Assembly (NCBI GenBank): GCA_963701965.1
Contig: OY969695.1
Coordinates: 1,408,001 to 1,472,000 of the forward strand
Origin: an uncultured Gemmatimonadales bacterium
GTDB lineage: Bacteria; Gemmatimonadota; Gemmatimonadetes; Gemmatimonadales; Gemmatimonadaceae
Direction of reading: 5' to 3'
Length of the DNA: 64,000 nucleotides
The position numbers were made by a program, and so were the translations under genes. Below, piece by piece: positions 21,366 to 36,353 of this stretch. The notes beneath the pieces were generated by a model. It was not told where the DNA came from. It saw only the letters and a list, made by a program, of their open reading frames with translations, and searched no databases. Position 1 is the stretch's first letter. Each line of letters begins with the position of its first letter.

Positions 21366-21725
21366 CTAAAACTCCAGGCCGCCCTCACGGGCGCCGTCGG
21401 CCACTGCCTTCACGCGGCCATGATATTTGTACCCCGCCCGATCGAACACGACGCGCGTGATGCCGGCCGCTTTGGCCTTTTCGGCGATCCGCTTGCCGAC
21501 TTCCGCCGACTTCGCGGTCTTCTTGCCCTCTTCGACGCCATGGCTGGACACGGTCATCAGGGTCCGCCGCGCATCGTCGTCGACGATCTGGGCATAAATG
21601 TGCTTGAGCGAGCGGTAGACGACGAGCCGCGGGCGCTCCGGCGTCCCGGCGATCTTCTTCCGCACCCGCAGGTGTCGCCGCACCCGCTTTTCCTCGCGGG
21701 TCTTGGGAATCCCGATTCTGCCCAT
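21366..21725 (-). CDS. rplR: 50S ribosomal protein L18
   Basis: [23 protein letters not shown]. Confidence 0.97.
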   Translation of the reverse strand: MGRIGIPKTREEKRVRRHLRVRKKIAGTPERPRLVVYRSLKHIYAQIVDDDARRTLMTVSSHGVEEGKKTAKSAEVGKRIAEKAKAAGITRVVFDRAGYKYHGRVKAVADGAREGGLEF

Positions 21726-22264
21726 TACTTGCCTCCGGCCTTGCCCGCCTTCCGGCGGACGACCTCGCCCACGTACTTGATGCCCTTGCCCTTGTAGGGC
21801 TCGGGTGGCCGCAACGAGCGCAGCTCGGCGGCGACTTGTCCCACGATCTCTTTGTTCGCGCCCTCGACGATGATCGACGTGGGCTGCGGCGCCGTCAGCT
21901 TGATGCCCTTCGGCGCGCGGTATTCGACCGGGTGCGAGAACCCCAGGGCCAGCTGCAGACCGTAGGGACGCTGCTCGGCCTTGTACCCGACGCCGATGAT
22001 CTCCAGTTGCTTCTTGAAGCCGTCGGTCACGCCTTCGATCATGTTGGCGACCAACGTCCGGGTGAGCCCGTGCAACGCCTTGTGGCGCGGGTCATCGGAC
22101 GGCCGCGTCACCAGCACCTGGGCGCCGTCCACCGTGACGGTCATCTCGGGGTTCAGCATGCGCGCGAGCTCGCCTTTGGGGCCCTTCACCGTGACGGCGG
22201 ATCCGTTCACCGTCACCGTGACACCCTTGAGAATCGGGACCGGCTTTTTGCCAATACGCGACAT
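21725..22264 (-). CDS. rplF: 50S ribosomal protein L6
   Basis: [19 protein letters not shown]. Confidence 0.97.
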   Translation of the reverse strand: MSRIGKKPVPILKGVTVTVNGSAVTVKGPKGELARMLNPEMTVTVDGAQVLVTRPSDDPRHKALHGLTRTLVANMIEGVTDGFKKQLEIIGVGYKAEQRPYGLQLALGFSHPVEYRAPKGIKLTAPQPTSIIVEGANKEIVGQVAAELRSLRPPEPYKGKGIKYVGEVVRRKAGKAGGK

Positions 22265-22272
22265 GGGCGCTC

Positions 22273-22674
22273 CTACCAGACGACGGCGAGCAACTCGCCG
22301 CCTTGCCGGGCGGCGCGCGCCTGCCGGTCGCTCATCAAGCCTTTGGACGTGCTCAGAATCGCCAGGCCCAAGCCGTTGCGCACGCGCGGGATCTCGTTCA
22401 CGCCGACATACCGCCGGAGTCCGGGCGAGGAGACGCGCTGCAGTTCCCGAATGACGGGCTGTCCGCTCTGCGCGTACTTGAGGATCACGCGCAGGATCTT
22501 GTGTCCTTCGTCCGTGTCGATGCTCCGGTAATCCTGGATCAGCGCGTTCTCCTTGAGCACGCGCGCGATCTCGACCTTGAGTTTCGACTGTGGCATATCG
22601 ACGCGCCAATGCTTCGCTCCGCACGCATTGCGGATGCGGGTGAGCATATCGGCGATGGGATCGGTCATCGTCAT
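22273..22674 (-). CDS. rpsH: 30S ribosomal protein S8
   Basis: DPIADMLTRIRNA, GLGLAILSTSKG. Confidence 0.97.
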   Translation of the reverse strand: MTMTDPIADMLTRIRNACGAKHWRVDMPQSKLKVEIARVLKENALIQDYRSIDTDEGHKILRVILKYAQSGQPVIRELQRVSSPGLRRYVGVNEIPRVRNGLGLAILSTSKGLMSDRQARAARQGGELLAVVW

Positions 22675-22687
22675 GGATTATCCTCGC

Positions 22688-22873
22688 CTACCAGCTCGCC
22701 TTGCGGACGCCGGGGATGAAGCCGTTGAGGGCTTGGTCGCGGAAGCAGATCCGGCAGTAGCCGAACTTGCGCAGGAACGCGCGGGCGCGTCCGCAGCGCT
22801 GGCAGCGATTGTGCCGCCGCACGGCGAATTTCGGGGTCCGCTTGGCCTTCTCGATCATGGCTTTTCTCGCCAT
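22688..22873 (-). CDS. rpsZ: 30S ribosomal protein S14 type Z (Zn-binding)
   Basis: 61 aa, RCQRCGR…CRICFR. Confidence 0.96.
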   Translation of the reverse strand: MARKAMIEKAKRTPKFAVRRHNRCQRCGRARAFLRKFGYCRICFRDQALNGFIPGVRKASW

Positions 22874-22875
22874 CG

Positions 22876-23625
22876 CTACGCTCTCGCCTGAAGTCTGGTC
22901 GCCGTGCCGCGCTCGTCGGCCCGGAAGGGAAGCCCCAACTCGCGCAGCAGCGCGAGCGCGCGGTCATCCCGTCCCGCGGTCGTCACGAGCGTGACATCCA
23001 TGCCGTGCACCTGCTCGATCATATCGTAGTTGATCTCGGGAAAGATCATCTGTTCTTTCACGCCCATCGAATAGTTGCCGCGGCCGTCGAACGACCGGGT
23101 CGACAATCCGCGAAAGTCGCGAATGCGCGGGATCGCGATCGAGATGAACCGGTCGAGAAACTCCCACATCCGCGCGCCGCGCAACGTGACCGCGGCGCCG
23201 ATCTCCTGGCCCTCGCGCAGTCCATAGTTGGCGATCGACTTCTTGGCCCGCTTGCGCACGGGTTGCTGCCCGGTGATGATCGCCAGCTCCTCCACCACCT
23301 TGTCCAGCACCTTGGGCTGCTTGATGGCCTCGCCGACGCCGACGTTGATCACGATCTTGCTCAGCCTCGGCACTTGGTGCGGGTTCTGCAGACTGAACTC
23401 CTGCATGAGCCGGGTCTTGACGGTCGACGCGTAGAACACGCGAAGCCGCGGCGGCGGCACGGGCCGCCCCGCGCCCGCGTGCGGTCCGCGCGGCGCGGCC
23501 GCGGCGTCGCGATCGCGACTCGCCTTCCGGGAGCTCCCGCCCCCACCGCCCCCGCCACCAGCCGGGGCGCCGGGCTTCTTCTCTTTGGTCTTGCCCTTCT
23601 CGCCTTCTTTCTCTTTCCCAGCCAC
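22876..23625 (-). CDS. rplE: 50S ribosomal protein L5 with N-terminal extension
   Basis: [24 protein letters not shown]. Confidence 0.96.
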   Translation of the reverse strand: MAGKEKEGEKGKTKEKKPGAPAGGGGGGGGSSRKASRDRDAAAAPRGPHAGAGRPVPPPRLRVFYASTVKTRLMQEFSLQNPHQVPRLSKIVINVGVGEAIKQPKVLDKVVEELAIITGQQPVRKRAKKSIANYGLREGQEIGAAVTLRGARMWEFLDRFISIAIPRIRDFRGLSTRSFDGRGNYSMGVKEQMIFPEINYDMIEQVHGMDVTLVTTAGRDDRALALLRELGLPFRADERGTATRLQARA

Positions 23626-23635
23626 GGTTCTCTCC

Positions 23636-24034
23636 TTACCTCGCGCGGCGAATGGCGCCGCCGCCCTTGACGCTCAAACGTTCCTTGGTCCCATCGTCGT
23701 CGATCCGGGTCGCGATACGCGTCGCCACGTTCGACGACGGGTCGATCAGCATGACGTTCGACAGGTGGACCGGCGCCGGCATCTCGATGATGCCGCCCTG
23801 ATCCTCCGGTCCGCGCGCCCGGCGGTGCTTCTTCACAATGTTCACGCCTTCGATCGTGACGCGCCCCCGCTTGAGATCCACGCGAATGATCTTGCCGTCC
23901 TTTCCGCGATCGTCGCCGCGCATGACGCGCACGGTGTCGCCTTTCGTGATCCGCGTCTTCACGCGCTCGACGTTGATCGCGTGCCGCGTGCGGTTCTTCT
24001 TCTTCCGGGTCTTCCGGTGGGTCAAAATGCGCAC
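23636..24034 (-). CDS. rplX: 50S ribosomal protein L24 with basic N-terminal extension
   Basis: KGDTVRVMRGDDRGK, EGVNIVKKH, APVHLSNV. Confidence 0.95.
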   Translation of the reverse strand: MRILTHRKTRKKKNRTRHAINVERVKTRITKGDTVRVMRGDDRGKDGKIIRVDLKRGRVTIEGVNIVKKHRRARGPEDQGGIIEMPAPVHLSNVMLIDPSSNVATRIATRIDDDGTKERLSVKGGGAIRRAR

Positions 24035-24035
24035 G

Positions 24036-24404
24036 TTACAGCACCTCAGGGGCGAGCGAGACGATCTTCATGTACTTCTTCTCGCGCAGCTCACGGGCCA
24101 CGGGTCCGAAGATACGCGTGGCCCGCGGCTCGCCGGCCTCGTTGATGATCACGACGGCGTTCTCATCGAACCGGATATAGCTGCCATCTTTGCGGCGCGT
24201 TTCCTTGGCCGTTCGCACCACCACGGCCCGCGCCACGTCCGACTTCTTCACGGTGCCATTGGGCAGCGCGTCTTTGACCGCGACGATCACGGTGTCCCCA
24301 AGTCCGGCGTACCGGCGGCGCGTGCCGCCGAGGACGCGGATGACCAGCGCGCGCTTGGCGCCAGAGTTGTCGGCGACCTTCACGATCGATTCTTGTTGAA
24401 TCAT
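24036..24404 (-). CDS. rplN: 50S ribosomal protein L14
   Basis: [23 protein letters not shown]. Confidence 0.98.
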   Translation of the reverse strand: MIQQESIVKVADNSGAKRALVIRVLGGTRRRYAGLGDTVIVAVKDALPNGTVKKSDVARAVVVRTAKETRRKDGSYIRFDENAVVIINEAGEPRATRIFGPVARELREKKYMKIVSLAPEVL

Positions 24405-24682
24405 CGGGCACGCTCAATGATCTCGACCACACGCCACCGCTTGTCCTTGGACAGCGGCCGCGTCTCCATGATGCGCACGACATCGCCGGCCTTGGACGCG
24501 TTCTCCTCGTCGTGGGCCTTAAAGTGCTTGGTGCGCGTGATCATCTTGCCGTACGTGGGGTGCGGCACGCGCCGCTCGATCGCCACGACGACGGTCTTCT
24601 GCATCTTGTCGCTCACCACGGTCCCGACGCGGGTCTTCCGGTGCGCTCGGTCGTGGTCGTGTGCTGCTATCGTCTCAGGCAT
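24401..24682 (-). CDS. rpsQ: 30S ribosomal protein S17
   Basis: [22 protein letters not shown]. Confidence 0.96.
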   Translation of the reverse strand: MPETIAAHDHDRAHRKTRVGTVVSDKMQKTVVVAIERRVPHPTYGKMITRTKHFKAHDEENASKAGDVVRIMETRPLSKDKRWRVVEIIERAR

Positions 24683-24872
24683 TGGCGCGCTCGCGTTCAC
24701 GAAGAATGGTCTTGAGCCGCGCGATATCCCGGCGCAGCCAGCGGAGCTCGAGGGGTTTGTCGAGTGTCTCGGTGGCGCCGCGGAATCGCAGGCGAAACCG
24801 GGACTCCTCCTTCTCGACGATCAGCGCCCGGATGTCCGCGTCACTCATCTCCCGGATCTCGTCAGTTTGCAT
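24675..24872 (-). CDS. rpmC: 50S ribosomal protein L29
   Basis: FRLRF…RRDIARLKT; operon position. Confidence 0.95.
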   Translation of the reverse strand: MQTDEIREMSDADIRALIVEKEESRFRLRFRGATETLDKPLELRWLRRDIARLKTILRERERANA

Positions 24873-25290
24873 CCGTGTGCGCCTCCTCGCGAACGACGAA
24901 CTTGGTCTTGACGCCGAGCTTGGCGGCGGCGAGCCCCATCGCCTTCTTGGCGATGTCCGGCGTCACGCCCTCCAGCTCGAACATCACCCGGCCCGGCTTG
25001 ACCACGGCCACCCACCCTTCGGGCGAGCCCTTGCCCTTTCCCATGCGGGTCTCGGCGGGCTTCTTGGTGATCGGTTTGTCGGGGAAGATCCGAATCCACA
25101 CTTTGCCGCCGCGCTTGATGTGACGGGTCAGCGCGACACGCGCGGCCTCGATCTGCCGGTTGGACACCCACCCGGGCTCGAGCGCCTGCAGACCGTAGTG
25201 ACCGTTGACGACGGTGTTGCCACGCGTCGCCAGGCCAGTCGTGCGGCCCTTGAACATCTTGCGAAACTTGACCCGCTTCGGACTCAGCAT
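24862..25290 (-). CDS. rplP: 50S ribosomal protein L16
   Basis: [18 protein letters not shown]. Confidence 0.98.
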   Translation of the reverse strand: MLSPKRVKFRKMFKGRTTGLATRGNTVVNGHYGLQALEPGWVSNRQIEAARVALTRHIKRGGKVWIRIFPDKPITKKPAETRMGKGKGSPEGWVAVVKPGRVMFELEGVTPDIAKKAMGLAAAKLGVKTKFVVREEAHTDAN

Positions 25291-25297
25291 CGTCGCC

Positions 25298-25957
25298 TCA
25301 GGAACCCGTCGAGTACGTCTTGCCGCGGCGATCCTCGACGATCTCGCCCTTGAAGATCCAGACTTTCACGCCAATCGTGCCGAAGGTGGTCTTGGCCGTC
25401 GAGGTCGCGTAGTCAATGTCGGCGCGCAACGTGTGCAACGGCACCCGGCCCTCGTGATAGCCCTCGACGCGGGCGATCTCGGCGCCGCCCAACCGGCCGC
25501 CGCACTTGATCTTGATGCCCTGCGCCCCCATCCGCATCGCGCTCTGCACCGCGCGCTTCATGGCGCGGCGAAAGGAAATGCGCTGGGCCAACTGGTTGGC
25601 GACGTTGTCGGCCACCAGCTGGGCGTCGAGCTCGGGACGCTTGATCTCTTCGACGTTGATCCCGACTTCTTTCCCGCTGAGCTGGGTGAGCTCGTCACGG
25701 AGCTTGTCGACTTCCGCGCCTTTCTTGCCGATCACCACACCCGGACGCGCCGTGTGCACGGTCACGACGACCTTGCCCGGCTTGCGCTCGATATGGATGT
25801 CGGCGATCGCGGCGTGGCCGACGCGCGCCTTCAAGTATTTGCGCAGCAGCTCGTCTTCCTTGAGCAGCGCCGGGAAGTCGCGGTTGGCGTACCAGCGCGA
25901 GCGCCACTGCTTCGAGACGCCGAGCCGGAACCCGATCGGATTGGTCTTCTGTCCCAT
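25298..25957 (-). CDS. rpsC: 30S ribosomal protein S3
   Basis: [25 protein letters not shown]. Confidence 0.98.
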   Translation of the reverse strand: MGQKTNPIGFRLGVSKQWRSRWYANRDFPALLKEDELLRKYLKARVGHAAIADIHIERKPGKVVVTVHTARPGVVIGKKGAEVDKLRDELTQLSGKEVGINVEEIKRPELDAQLVADNVANQLAQRISFRRAMKRAVQSAMRMGAQGIKIKCGGRLGGAEIARVEGYHEGRVPLHTLRADIDYATSTAKTTFGTIGVKVWIFKGEIVEDRRGKTYSTGS

Positions 25958-26460
25958 TATGCCTCGCCCGTCGGCTTCGCCGACTTCGCTTTACTGGACT
26001 TCGTGCCCGTCTTGGCGGCGCTCGCCTTTGGCTTCGCGCTGGACGGCTGCTTGGCCTTCGTCTTGGCCGCGCCGGTCTTCGGAGCGGCCGGCACTCGTAC
26101 GGGCTTCACGCGCTCCGAGACCACGATCTCCACGTGGCTCGTGCGCTTGATCACCGGCGTCGCCCGGCCCATGGCCGCGGGCGTGAACCGCTTGAGCTTC
26201 GGCCCTTCGTTGACCACCGCGTGCTTCACATACAACGCGTCGACGTCGACGGACTCGTTGGCCGTGCGCGCCTTGTGCTCGGCGTTGGCGACGGCCGAGT
26301 GCAACACCTTCGCGATCTCGCGGGAGGCGTGCTTCTTCGAGAACTGGAGCAGCGCCAGCGCCTCGTTCACGTCCTTGCCGCGAATCTGGTCGATGACCAG
26401 CCGCATCTTGTAGGGCGACTGGCGCGTCGTGCGCTGAATGGCGCGAACATCGGCGGCCAC
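25957..26460 (-). CDS. rplV: 50S ribosomal protein L22 with Lys/Ala-rich C-terminal tail
   Basis: [29 protein letters not shown] 26460. Confidence 0.95.
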   Translation of the reverse strand: MAADVRAIQRTTRQSPYKMRLVIDQIRGKDVNEALALLQFSKKHASREIAKVLHSAVANAEHKARTANESVDVDALYVKHAVVNEGPKLKRFTPAAMGRATPVIKRTSHVEIVVSERVKPVRVPAAPKTGAAKTKAKQPSSAKPKASAAKTGTKSSKAKSAKPTGEA

Positions 26461-26461
26461 G

Positions 26462-26806
26462 TTACTTCCCTCCCCGCGCGCCCGGGCCCGATGCGCCGCC
26501 GCCACCGCCCGGCGCCGACGGCACGCCCGTCGCCTTCTTGTCGACGGCCTTGCCCGAGTGCCCGCGGAAGAGCCGGGTGGGCGCGAATTCGCCGAGCTTG
26601 TGCCCGACCATGTTCTCGGTCACGTACACGGGAATGAACTTGTTGCCGTTGTGGACGGCAAACGTGTGCCCGACGAAATCGGGAATGACCGTGCTGGCTC
26701 GCGACCAGGTCTTGATCACCCGCTTTTCGTTGCGCGTGTTCATCGTGCCGATCTTCTTGATCAGGCTCTCGTGAACGTACGGCCCTTTGTGAACGCTTCT
26801 CGCCAT
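26462..26806 (-). CDS. rpsS: 30S ribosomal protein S19
   Basis: [21 protein letters not shown]. Confidence 0.97.
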   Translation of the reverse strand: MARSVHKGPYVHESLIKKIGTMNTRNEKRVIKTWSRASTVIPDFVGHTFAVHNGNKFIPVYVTENMVGHKLGEFAPTRLFRGHSGKAVDKKATGVPSAPGGGGGASGPGARGGK

Positions 26807-26829
26807 GACTGATCTCTACCTATTGGGAG

Positions 26830-27660
<831 letters not shown>

Positions 27661-27683
27661 AGCGAGTCTCGTTGCTTGGTAGA

Positions 27684-27971
27684 TCAGCCTTCGAACACGT
27701 CGATCGAATCACCGTCGCGGAGCGTGACGATCGCCTTTTTCCAGTCGTGGCGCCGGCCCGCGGTCTTCCCGACCTTGCGCTCTTTTCCGCGCTGGTTGGA
27801 TGTCCAGACGCCGGTAACCTTGACGCCGAACAACGACTCGATCGCCTGCCGAATGGCCGGCTTCGTCGCCGTCGACGCGACCTCGAACGTGTACTCGCCG
27901 CGCTCCTGATAGGCGGCCGAGCTCTTCTCGGTCACCAGCGGGCGAATGATGGTGCGATGCAGCGTGGGCAT
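27684..27971 (-). CDS. rplW: 50S ribosomal protein L23
   Basis: [15 protein letters not shown]. Confidence 0.97.
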   Translation of the reverse strand: MPTLHRTIIRPLVTEKSSAAYQERGEYTFEVASTATKPAIRQAIESLFGVKVTGVWTSNQRGKERKVGKTAGRRHDWKKAIVTLRDGDSIDVFEG

Positions 27972-27974
27972 CGG

Positions 27975-28934
27975 TTATTTCCCCCGTCCCTTATTGCCAC
28001 CGCCGCGCGCGCCCTTCTTGGCGGCGCCCGGCTTGGCCGGTGCCTTCTTCGACTGCGTGCGCGACTGCCCCTTGGACTGCGCCGTGCCCTTGGCCTGCTG
28101 CGACCCACCGCGCGTGCCGCCCTTTGCCTGGGCCTGCCCCCGCTTGGGCGCCGCTTTCTTCTTGGCCGACTTGGCGGCCGCCGGCTTCGTGGCCGCGGCG
28201 GCCTTGGCCGCCGCCTTCGCGGGCTTCGCGGCCTTGGGCGCCTTCGCGGCTTTCTTCGTCTCGGCGGCGACTGGCCGCTGGCGCTTCTCGATGACCGGCG
28301 CCGTCTCCTTGAGCGGCTCCATCGTGAACCCGATCGCCGGCGCTTCAATGAGCACGACGTCGGACCACAGGAGATGATACGTCGAGACGTCGGCGTACGG
28401 CATCACGTGCACGAGTGGCAGATTCCGGCCGGACAGGAAGACGTTCTGCTTCACGCCGTCCGTCAGGATCAGCACTTTCTTCGCGTCCACCGCGAGCGAC
28501 GTCAACAGCAGGACCAACCGCTTCGTGCTGGGCTGATCGTACACGAACGTGTCGATGACGATGATGCCATCCTCGGCCGCCCGCGCATTGAACGCGCTCT
28601 TCCGGGCCAGCGCCCGCACTTGCCGCGGCACGTACTGCGCATAGCTGCGCGGGATCGGCCCGAATACGGTACCACCGCCCACCCAGTTCGGCGCCCGGAT
28701 CGAACCCTGGCGCGCGCGACCCGTGCCCTTCTGCTTCCACGGCTTCTGATTGCCGCCGGCGACGAGGCCGCGGGTCTTGGTCTTCGCGTTGCCCTGCCGC
28801 TGATTGGCGAGGTACGCCTTGACCGCCTGGTGCATGACCGGGACGTTCACCGTGCCATCGAACAACTCATCCGGCAACGCCACGCGTTCGCGCGCGGTGC
28901 CGAAGGACGAAAAGACGGGTGCGGAAGCGGCCAC
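27975..28934 (-). CDS. rplD: 50S ribosomal protein L4 with ~100-aa histone-H1-like tail
   Basis: [23 protein letters not shown]. Confidence 0.96.
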   Translation of the reverse strand: MAASAPVFSSFGTARERVALPDELFDGTVNVPVMHQAVKAYLANQRQGNAKTKTRGLVAGGNQKPWKQKGTGRARQGSIRAPNWVGGGTVFGPIPRSYAQYVPRQVRALARKSAFNARAAEDGIIVIDTFVYDQPSTKRLVLLLTSLAVDAKKVLILTDGVKQNVFLSGRNLPLVHVMPYADVSTYHLLWSDVVLIEAPAIGFTMEPLKETAPVIEKRQRPVAAETKKAAKAPKAAKPAKAAAKAAAATKPAAAKSAKKKAAPKRGQAQAKGGTRGGSQQAKGTAQSKGQSRTQSKKAPAKPGAAKKGARGGGNKGRGK

Positions 28935-28937
28935 GGC

Positions 28938-29609
28938 TCAGCCCTGCTTGCGGACGACGACGATCCCGTTCTTGGGACCGGCCACCGAGCCGCGGATATA
29001 GAGGAGATTGCGCTCCGCGTCGACTTTCTCGACCCGGAGATGGGTCTGGGTGTGCTGCTCGTGCCCGAAATGGCCGGGCATGCGCTTGCCCTTGATCACG
29101 CGCGACGGATCGGTGCCGGGGCCCACGGAACCGGGGCGCCGGTGCTTGGTGTTGCCATGCGTGTTGGGTCCGCCGCCGAACGAATGGCGCTTGACGACGC
29201 CCTGGAACCCGCGGCCTTTCGTCGTGCCGGTGACCTTGACCTGGTCGCCGGGCGCGAATAGGCCGACGCCGATCGTGTCGCCGATCTTGAGCTCCGGCAC
29301 GGCGACGCTCTTGGGCCCGTCATCGAGACGCAGCGTGCGCAGGACCGCGGGCGGCGCGCTCAACCCCGCCTTCGCGGCGTGACCGATCGCGGCCTTGGTC
29401 GCGCGGCGCCCGCGCGGCGTGCGCTCGCCCTTCTTGGACTCGCGCGCGATGCGCTGCGCCCCGAAGCCGAGCTGCACCTGCTGCAGGCTGCCGGTCATGA
29501 CCTGCACGACCGGATTCGGCGCGGCCTCGACGACCGTGCACGGGATCTGGAGACCCTCGGCCGTGAACACGTGGGTCATGCCGACCTTTTTGCCAATGAT
29601 GCCGATCAT
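28938..29609 (-). CDS. rplC: 50S ribosomal protein L3
   Basis: [27 protein letters not shown]. Confidence 0.97.
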   Translation of the reverse strand: MIGIIGKKVGMTHVFTAEGLQIPCTVVEAAPNPVVQVMTGSLQQVQLGFGAQRIARESKKGERTPRGRRATKAAIGHAAKAGLSAPPAVLRTLRLDDGPKSVAVPELKIGDTIGVGLFAPGDQVKVTGTTKGRGFQGVVKRHSFGGGPNTHGNTKHRRPGSVGPGTDPSRVIKGKRMPGHFGHEQHTQTHLRVEKVDAERNLLYIRGSVAGPKNGIVVVRKQG

Positions 29610-29613
29610 GGCG

Positions 29614-29922
29614 CTACTCGACCTTGATCTCGACGTCGACGCCGGCCGGAAGATCCAGCTTCGTCAACGCGTCGACCGTCTGGGCGCGGGAGTCGAGAAT
29701 GTCGATCACGCGCTTGTGCGTCTTGAGCTCGAACTGCTCGCGGGACTTCTTGTCGACGTGCGGCGAACGCAGCACGGTCCAGCGCTGCGTCTTCGTCGGC
29801 AGCGGAATCGGGCCCGACACCTGGGCGCCGGTCTTCTCGGCCGTGCGCACGATGTCGGCCGACGCTTGGTCGATGACCGCGTGGTCGAATGCCTTGAGAC
29901 GAATGCGAATTCTGCCAGCCAT
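29614..29922 (-). CDS. rpsJ: 30S ribosomal protein S10
   Basis: [23 protein letters not shown]. Confidence 0.98.
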   Translation of the reverse strand: MAGRIRIRLKAFDHAVIDQASADIVRTAEKTGAQVSGPIPLPTKTQRWTVLRSPHVDKKSREQFELKTHKRVIDILDSRAQTVDALTKLDLPAGVDVEIKVE

Positions 29923-30030
29923 GATATTCTCTATAAGGTAGAAGGATTATTGGGGAGGATTCCCCAGATCCCTCAGCGTGCGAGTCTCTTTGCCTACTGC
30001 TCGATTCGCCTGCGTAAGAATCGAGTCTCT

Positions 30031-31224
<1,194 letters not shown>

Positions 31225-31240
31225 GACTATTTCACCGTGA

Positions 31241-33337
<2,097 letters not shown>

Positions 33338-33370
33338 GTGTCAGATCCGTCCGCAAATTCCCAATTGAGT

Positions 33371-33547
33371 CAGCAAAAACGCGGGTGGACCGTGGCGCCC
33401 CGATACGTCGGGACCGGTATCCATCCGCTCTCGCCGGGTGCGTTCGCCACTGGTGCGCGAACGGGGACCCACGGCGCGCCGGCCGAGCTCGCTAGGTTTC
33501 CCTACGCCGTCCTAGCATTGCCCGTTCACCGACGTTGAATTTTGCTG
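33371..33547 (-). ncRNA. Candidate structured leader/attenuator upstream of fusA
   Basis: Several hairpins, terminal hairpin + U5, 8-bp complementarity between ends. Confidence 0.5.
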
Positions 33548-33557
33548 TAGCCTTACA

Positions 33558-33585
33558 AACTTAGACGACTATTGGACTTAGTCAA
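33558..33585 (-). promoter_or_regulatory. sigma70-like promoter internal to str operon (TTGACT-N16-TAAGTT)
   Basis: AT-rich patch just after rpsG stop, near-consensus -35/-10. Confidence 0.6.
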
Positions 33586-33591
33586 GCTGCC

Positions 33592-34062
33592 CTACCACCG
33601 GTAATGGGCGAAAGCCTTATTGGCCTCGGCCATCCGGTGCGTGTCTTCCTTCTTCTTGACCGCGTTGCCCTCGCCCTTGGCCGCCGCGATCACTTCCGCG
33701 GCCAGCTTCTCGGGCATGGACTTCTCGCTCCGATCCCGGGAGTACAAGATCAGCCACCGCATGGCCAGCGCCGTCCGCCGATCAGGACGCACCTCGACCG
33801 GCACCTGGTAGGTCGCGCCGCCCACCCGGCGGCTCTTGACCTCGACCACGGGCTTCAAGTTCGAGAGCGCCTGCTTGAAGACGTTCACCCCGGGCTGGTT
33901 CGTCCGCGACTCCACGAGGTCCATCGCCCCGTAAAAGATCCGCTCGGCGACCGACTTCTTCCCCTGCAGCATCATCGCGTTGATGAACTTCGACACGGTC
34001 TGGCTATCGTACCGCGCGTCCGGCAAAATCGGACGCTTGATCGACTTCTTCCGGCGGCTCAC
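33592..34062 (-). CDS. rpsG: 30S ribosomal protein S7
   Basis: [27 protein letters not shown]. Confidence 0.98.
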   Translation of the reverse strand: MSRRKKSIKRPILPDARYDSQTVSKFINAMMLQGKKSVAERIFYGAMDLVESRTNQPGVNVFKQALSNLKPVVEVKSRRVGGATYQVPVEVRPDRRTALAMRWLILYSRDRSEKSMPEKLAAEVIAAAKGEGNAVKKKEDTHRMAEANKAFAHYRW

Positions 34063-34472
34063 TTCTTCTTCCCTCCGGCGGCGGCCCCAGCGGAGCCCGC
34101 GGCCTTCGGCTTCTTCGTCCCGTACTTCGAGCGGCTCTGGTTACGGCCATTGACGCCGGACGCATCCAAACTGCCGCGCACAATGTGATAGCGGACGCCC
34201 GGCAGATCTTTCACACGACCGCCGCGAATCAGCACGATCGAGTGCTCCTGCAGATTGTGCCCCTCGCCGGGAATGTACGCGGTCACCTCGAACCCGTTCG
34301 TGAGCCGCACGCGCGCGACTTTCCGCAGCGCAGAATTCGGCTTCTTGGGCGTCGTGGTGTACACGCGCGTGCAGACGCCCCGCTTCTGCGGATTCGACTT
34401 GAGCGCGGGCGCCTTCTCCTTCTTGAGCACATCACTCCGGCTCTGCCGGACTAGCTGATTAATCGTCGGCAT
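34059..34472 (-). CDS. rpsL: 30S ribosomal protein S12
   Basis: [27 protein letters not shown]. Confidence 0.99.
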   Translation of the reverse strand: MPTINQLVRQSRSDVLKKEKAPALKSNPQKRGVCTRVYTTTPKKPNSALRKVARVRLTNGFEVTAYIPGEGHNLQEHSIVLIRGGRVKDLPGVRYHIVRGSLDASGVNGRNQSRSKYGTKKPKAAGSAGAAAGGKKK

Positions 34473-34507
34473 TCTCTAGGTGTGCGACTAAAATGTACAG
34501 AACGAGG

Positions 34508-34537
34508 AACTTATAGCCCTTATGGCGCTCCGCGCAA
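34508..34537 (-). promoter_or_regulatory. Putative rpsL promoter (TTGCGC-N18-TAAGTT)
   Basis: AT-rich region upstream of rpsL; imperfect consensus. Confidence 0.4.
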
Positions 34538-35755
34538 CCGGCGCGAAGCCCACTCGGCGAGGAGAGCACCGCACGCGATGCCAAACCAAATCCACGGCGG
34601 CACCGTGCGACCCGCCACCATGCTCCCGCCCGCCGGACCGAGCCGCGCAATGGTCGCGGCCAGGGGAGCGGGATCCGCCGGCGGCGCCGGCCGCGTGGTG
34701 GCCGGCGCATAGGCCACGCTGGCCACCAACCCCGCCCACCAGTCCCGATGGCTCGACACGCCGGTCGCGCTGTCCAATCGGAGCCGCCACGTATCGTCAT
34801 AGCCGACCTGCACGATGCGGCCGGCCGAGACGACGACCGGGTCCGGTCCGCGGCGCGCCAGGGACGGGTGCGACGACACGAGCGCGAAGTAGGAGATCGG
34901 GCGGACATTGTGCCACGCGCCCAGCCGCGCCGGCGCGATATCCCCGAGCACCCGGGCCGCCGAGCCGGCGATGACAACCCCGCCGCCGGAGCGCGCGTAA
35001 CGCGCGACGGACGCCGCGGCGCCGCGGGCGCCACTATCCAACGCGAGCACAGCGGCGTAGTGGGCGGTGTCGATCACCAGTGGCGCGCCCTGGCTGCCCT
35101 GGTCATGACCCGGCGCCAGCGCCAGACGCTCGTCCACTTTCCACCCGCGCTCCTCGAGCGCGCGCACGACGAACTTGGTCTCCCAGCCGACGGAGCCGAG
35201 GACGAGCAAGGGACGCAACAGGAGGGAGTCGGTGACGGACGCCCGCGCCGTCGCCAGACCGCCGCGCGCATCGCCGCGCGCCGCGGCATCGATCGTCCGG
35301 ACCGGCGCCGGCACCACGAACGTCATGCCGCCACCCGCCGCCTCCGCCGTGTCGATCGTGCCCAGGCGATCGGCGAGCGTCACCGAAGTCCCGCGCGGTG
35401 CGGCCACGGCGACGCGGGTCATGCCCGCGGGATCGGCCAACGGTTCGGCGACGATCGCCGTGGCCGGCGGCGGGGGCCCCTGCCATCCCCAGGTCACGGG
35501 CAGTCCGCCGCGGCGTACCGCGCGCAGCCAATCGCGGTCGGACGCCGAGGGCGCGTCGCGCATCGCGACGTACGCGGCGGTGGCGTCGTCGCCGCCGGTC
35601 GTCCAGCTGATGAGCGCGGCGCCCAATCGCGCTGGCGTGGTCCGCGCGGTGGCGCCGCCGCCGGCGAGGGCGCGCACGATGGACCACGCCAGCGCGCCGA
35701 TGGCCACGGCGCGCGCGAGCCACTCCACCGGCGCCCGGTCAGCGGGTGAGCGCAT
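34520..35755 (-). CDS. Membrane-anchored protein of MoxR/BatA cluster
   Basis: N- and C-terminal TM segments, C-terminal 'LLAEWASRRLRG' typical of MoxR-cluster membrane proteins. Confidence 0.7.
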   Translation of the reverse strand: MRSPADRAPVEWLARAVAIGALAWSIVRALAGGGATARTTPARLGAALISWTTGGDDATAAYVAMRDAPSASDRDWLRAVRRGGLPVTWGWQGPPPPATAIVAEPLADPAGMTRVAVAAPRGTSVTLADRLGTIDTAEAAGGGMTFVVPAPVRTIDAAARGDARGGLATARASVTDSLLLRPLLVLGSVGWETKFVVRALEERGWKVDERLALAPGHDQGSQGAPLVIDTAHYAAVLALDSGARGAAASVARYARSGGGVVIAGSAARVLGDIAPARLGAWHNVRPISYFALVSSHPSLARRGPDPVVVSAGRIVQVGYDDTWRLRLDSATGVSSHRDWWAGLVASVAYAPATTRPAPPADPAPLAATIARLGPAGGSMVAGRTVPPWIWFGIACGALLAEWASRRLRGAP

Positions 35756-36353
35756 ACACGATGATGTTCACGCCGAACCGCGTATCGTCGACCGAGCGCA
35801 AGCGCTTGCTGTCGGGATGGTAGCCCCACTCGGAGCTATAGTCTTTGCTGCTGTACAGCACCCGGATGCGATCGCCCGGACCGAGCACCGCCTGAAGGCG
35901 CGGGTGCACGAGATTGTCGCCCCAGCCGTTGAGCTCCTGGGTCGTGGTCGGCGGGCCGTTGTCGAACACGAAGAACGCGCGATAGAGATCGTGAGTGTTG
36001 GGCAGATCCACCAGCGGTCCGCACGACTTGGTGATCTCTTCCGTGGCCGTCTTGTGAAAGATCCCGCCAACGTCGTGGTTATGGTCGTCGACGAACAGCA
36101 TCCCGCCGCGGCGCGTGAACTCCCGCACGTGTTGTCGCTCGGTGTTCGTGAACCGGAATGGGAGGTGCCCGGTCAGGTAGACGAGGGGATAGTCGTACAG
36201 CGCGTCCGACCCCAGCGACACGGTCGCCCCGCTCGGCGCCACGTCGATCGATGTGTAGCGGGCGACCGAATCGATCAGGTTCGCGGGCACGAGCGGCGCC
36301 GCGTCCCAGTCGCCGGACTCGTACCGGCCCGTCGCGAAAACGAACGCGCTCAC
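35739..36353 (-). CDS. DUF4159-family protein
   Basis: 'GDWD', 'YPLVYLTGH…F', 'GGMLFVDD', 'FGVNIIVYALT'. Confidence 0.85.
   Translation of the reverse strand: MSAFVFATGRYESGDWDAAPLVPANLIDSVARYTSIDVAPSGATVSLGSDALYDYPLVYLTGHLPFRFTNTERQHVREFTRRGGMLFVDDHNHDVGGIFHKTATEEITKSCGPLVDLPNTHDLYRAFFVFDNGPPTTTQELNGWGDNLVHPRLQAVLGPGDRIRVLYSSKDYSSEWGYHPDSKRLRSVDDTRFGVNIIVYALTR

Noticed and set aside
33371..33547. SRP RNA or 6S RNA identity for the rpsG-fusA element
   Set aside because: No SRP helix-8 motif (CAGG…GGAA…AGCAG) seen; the fold looks multi-branched rather than a 6S-like rod. Needs Infernal to exclude fully.
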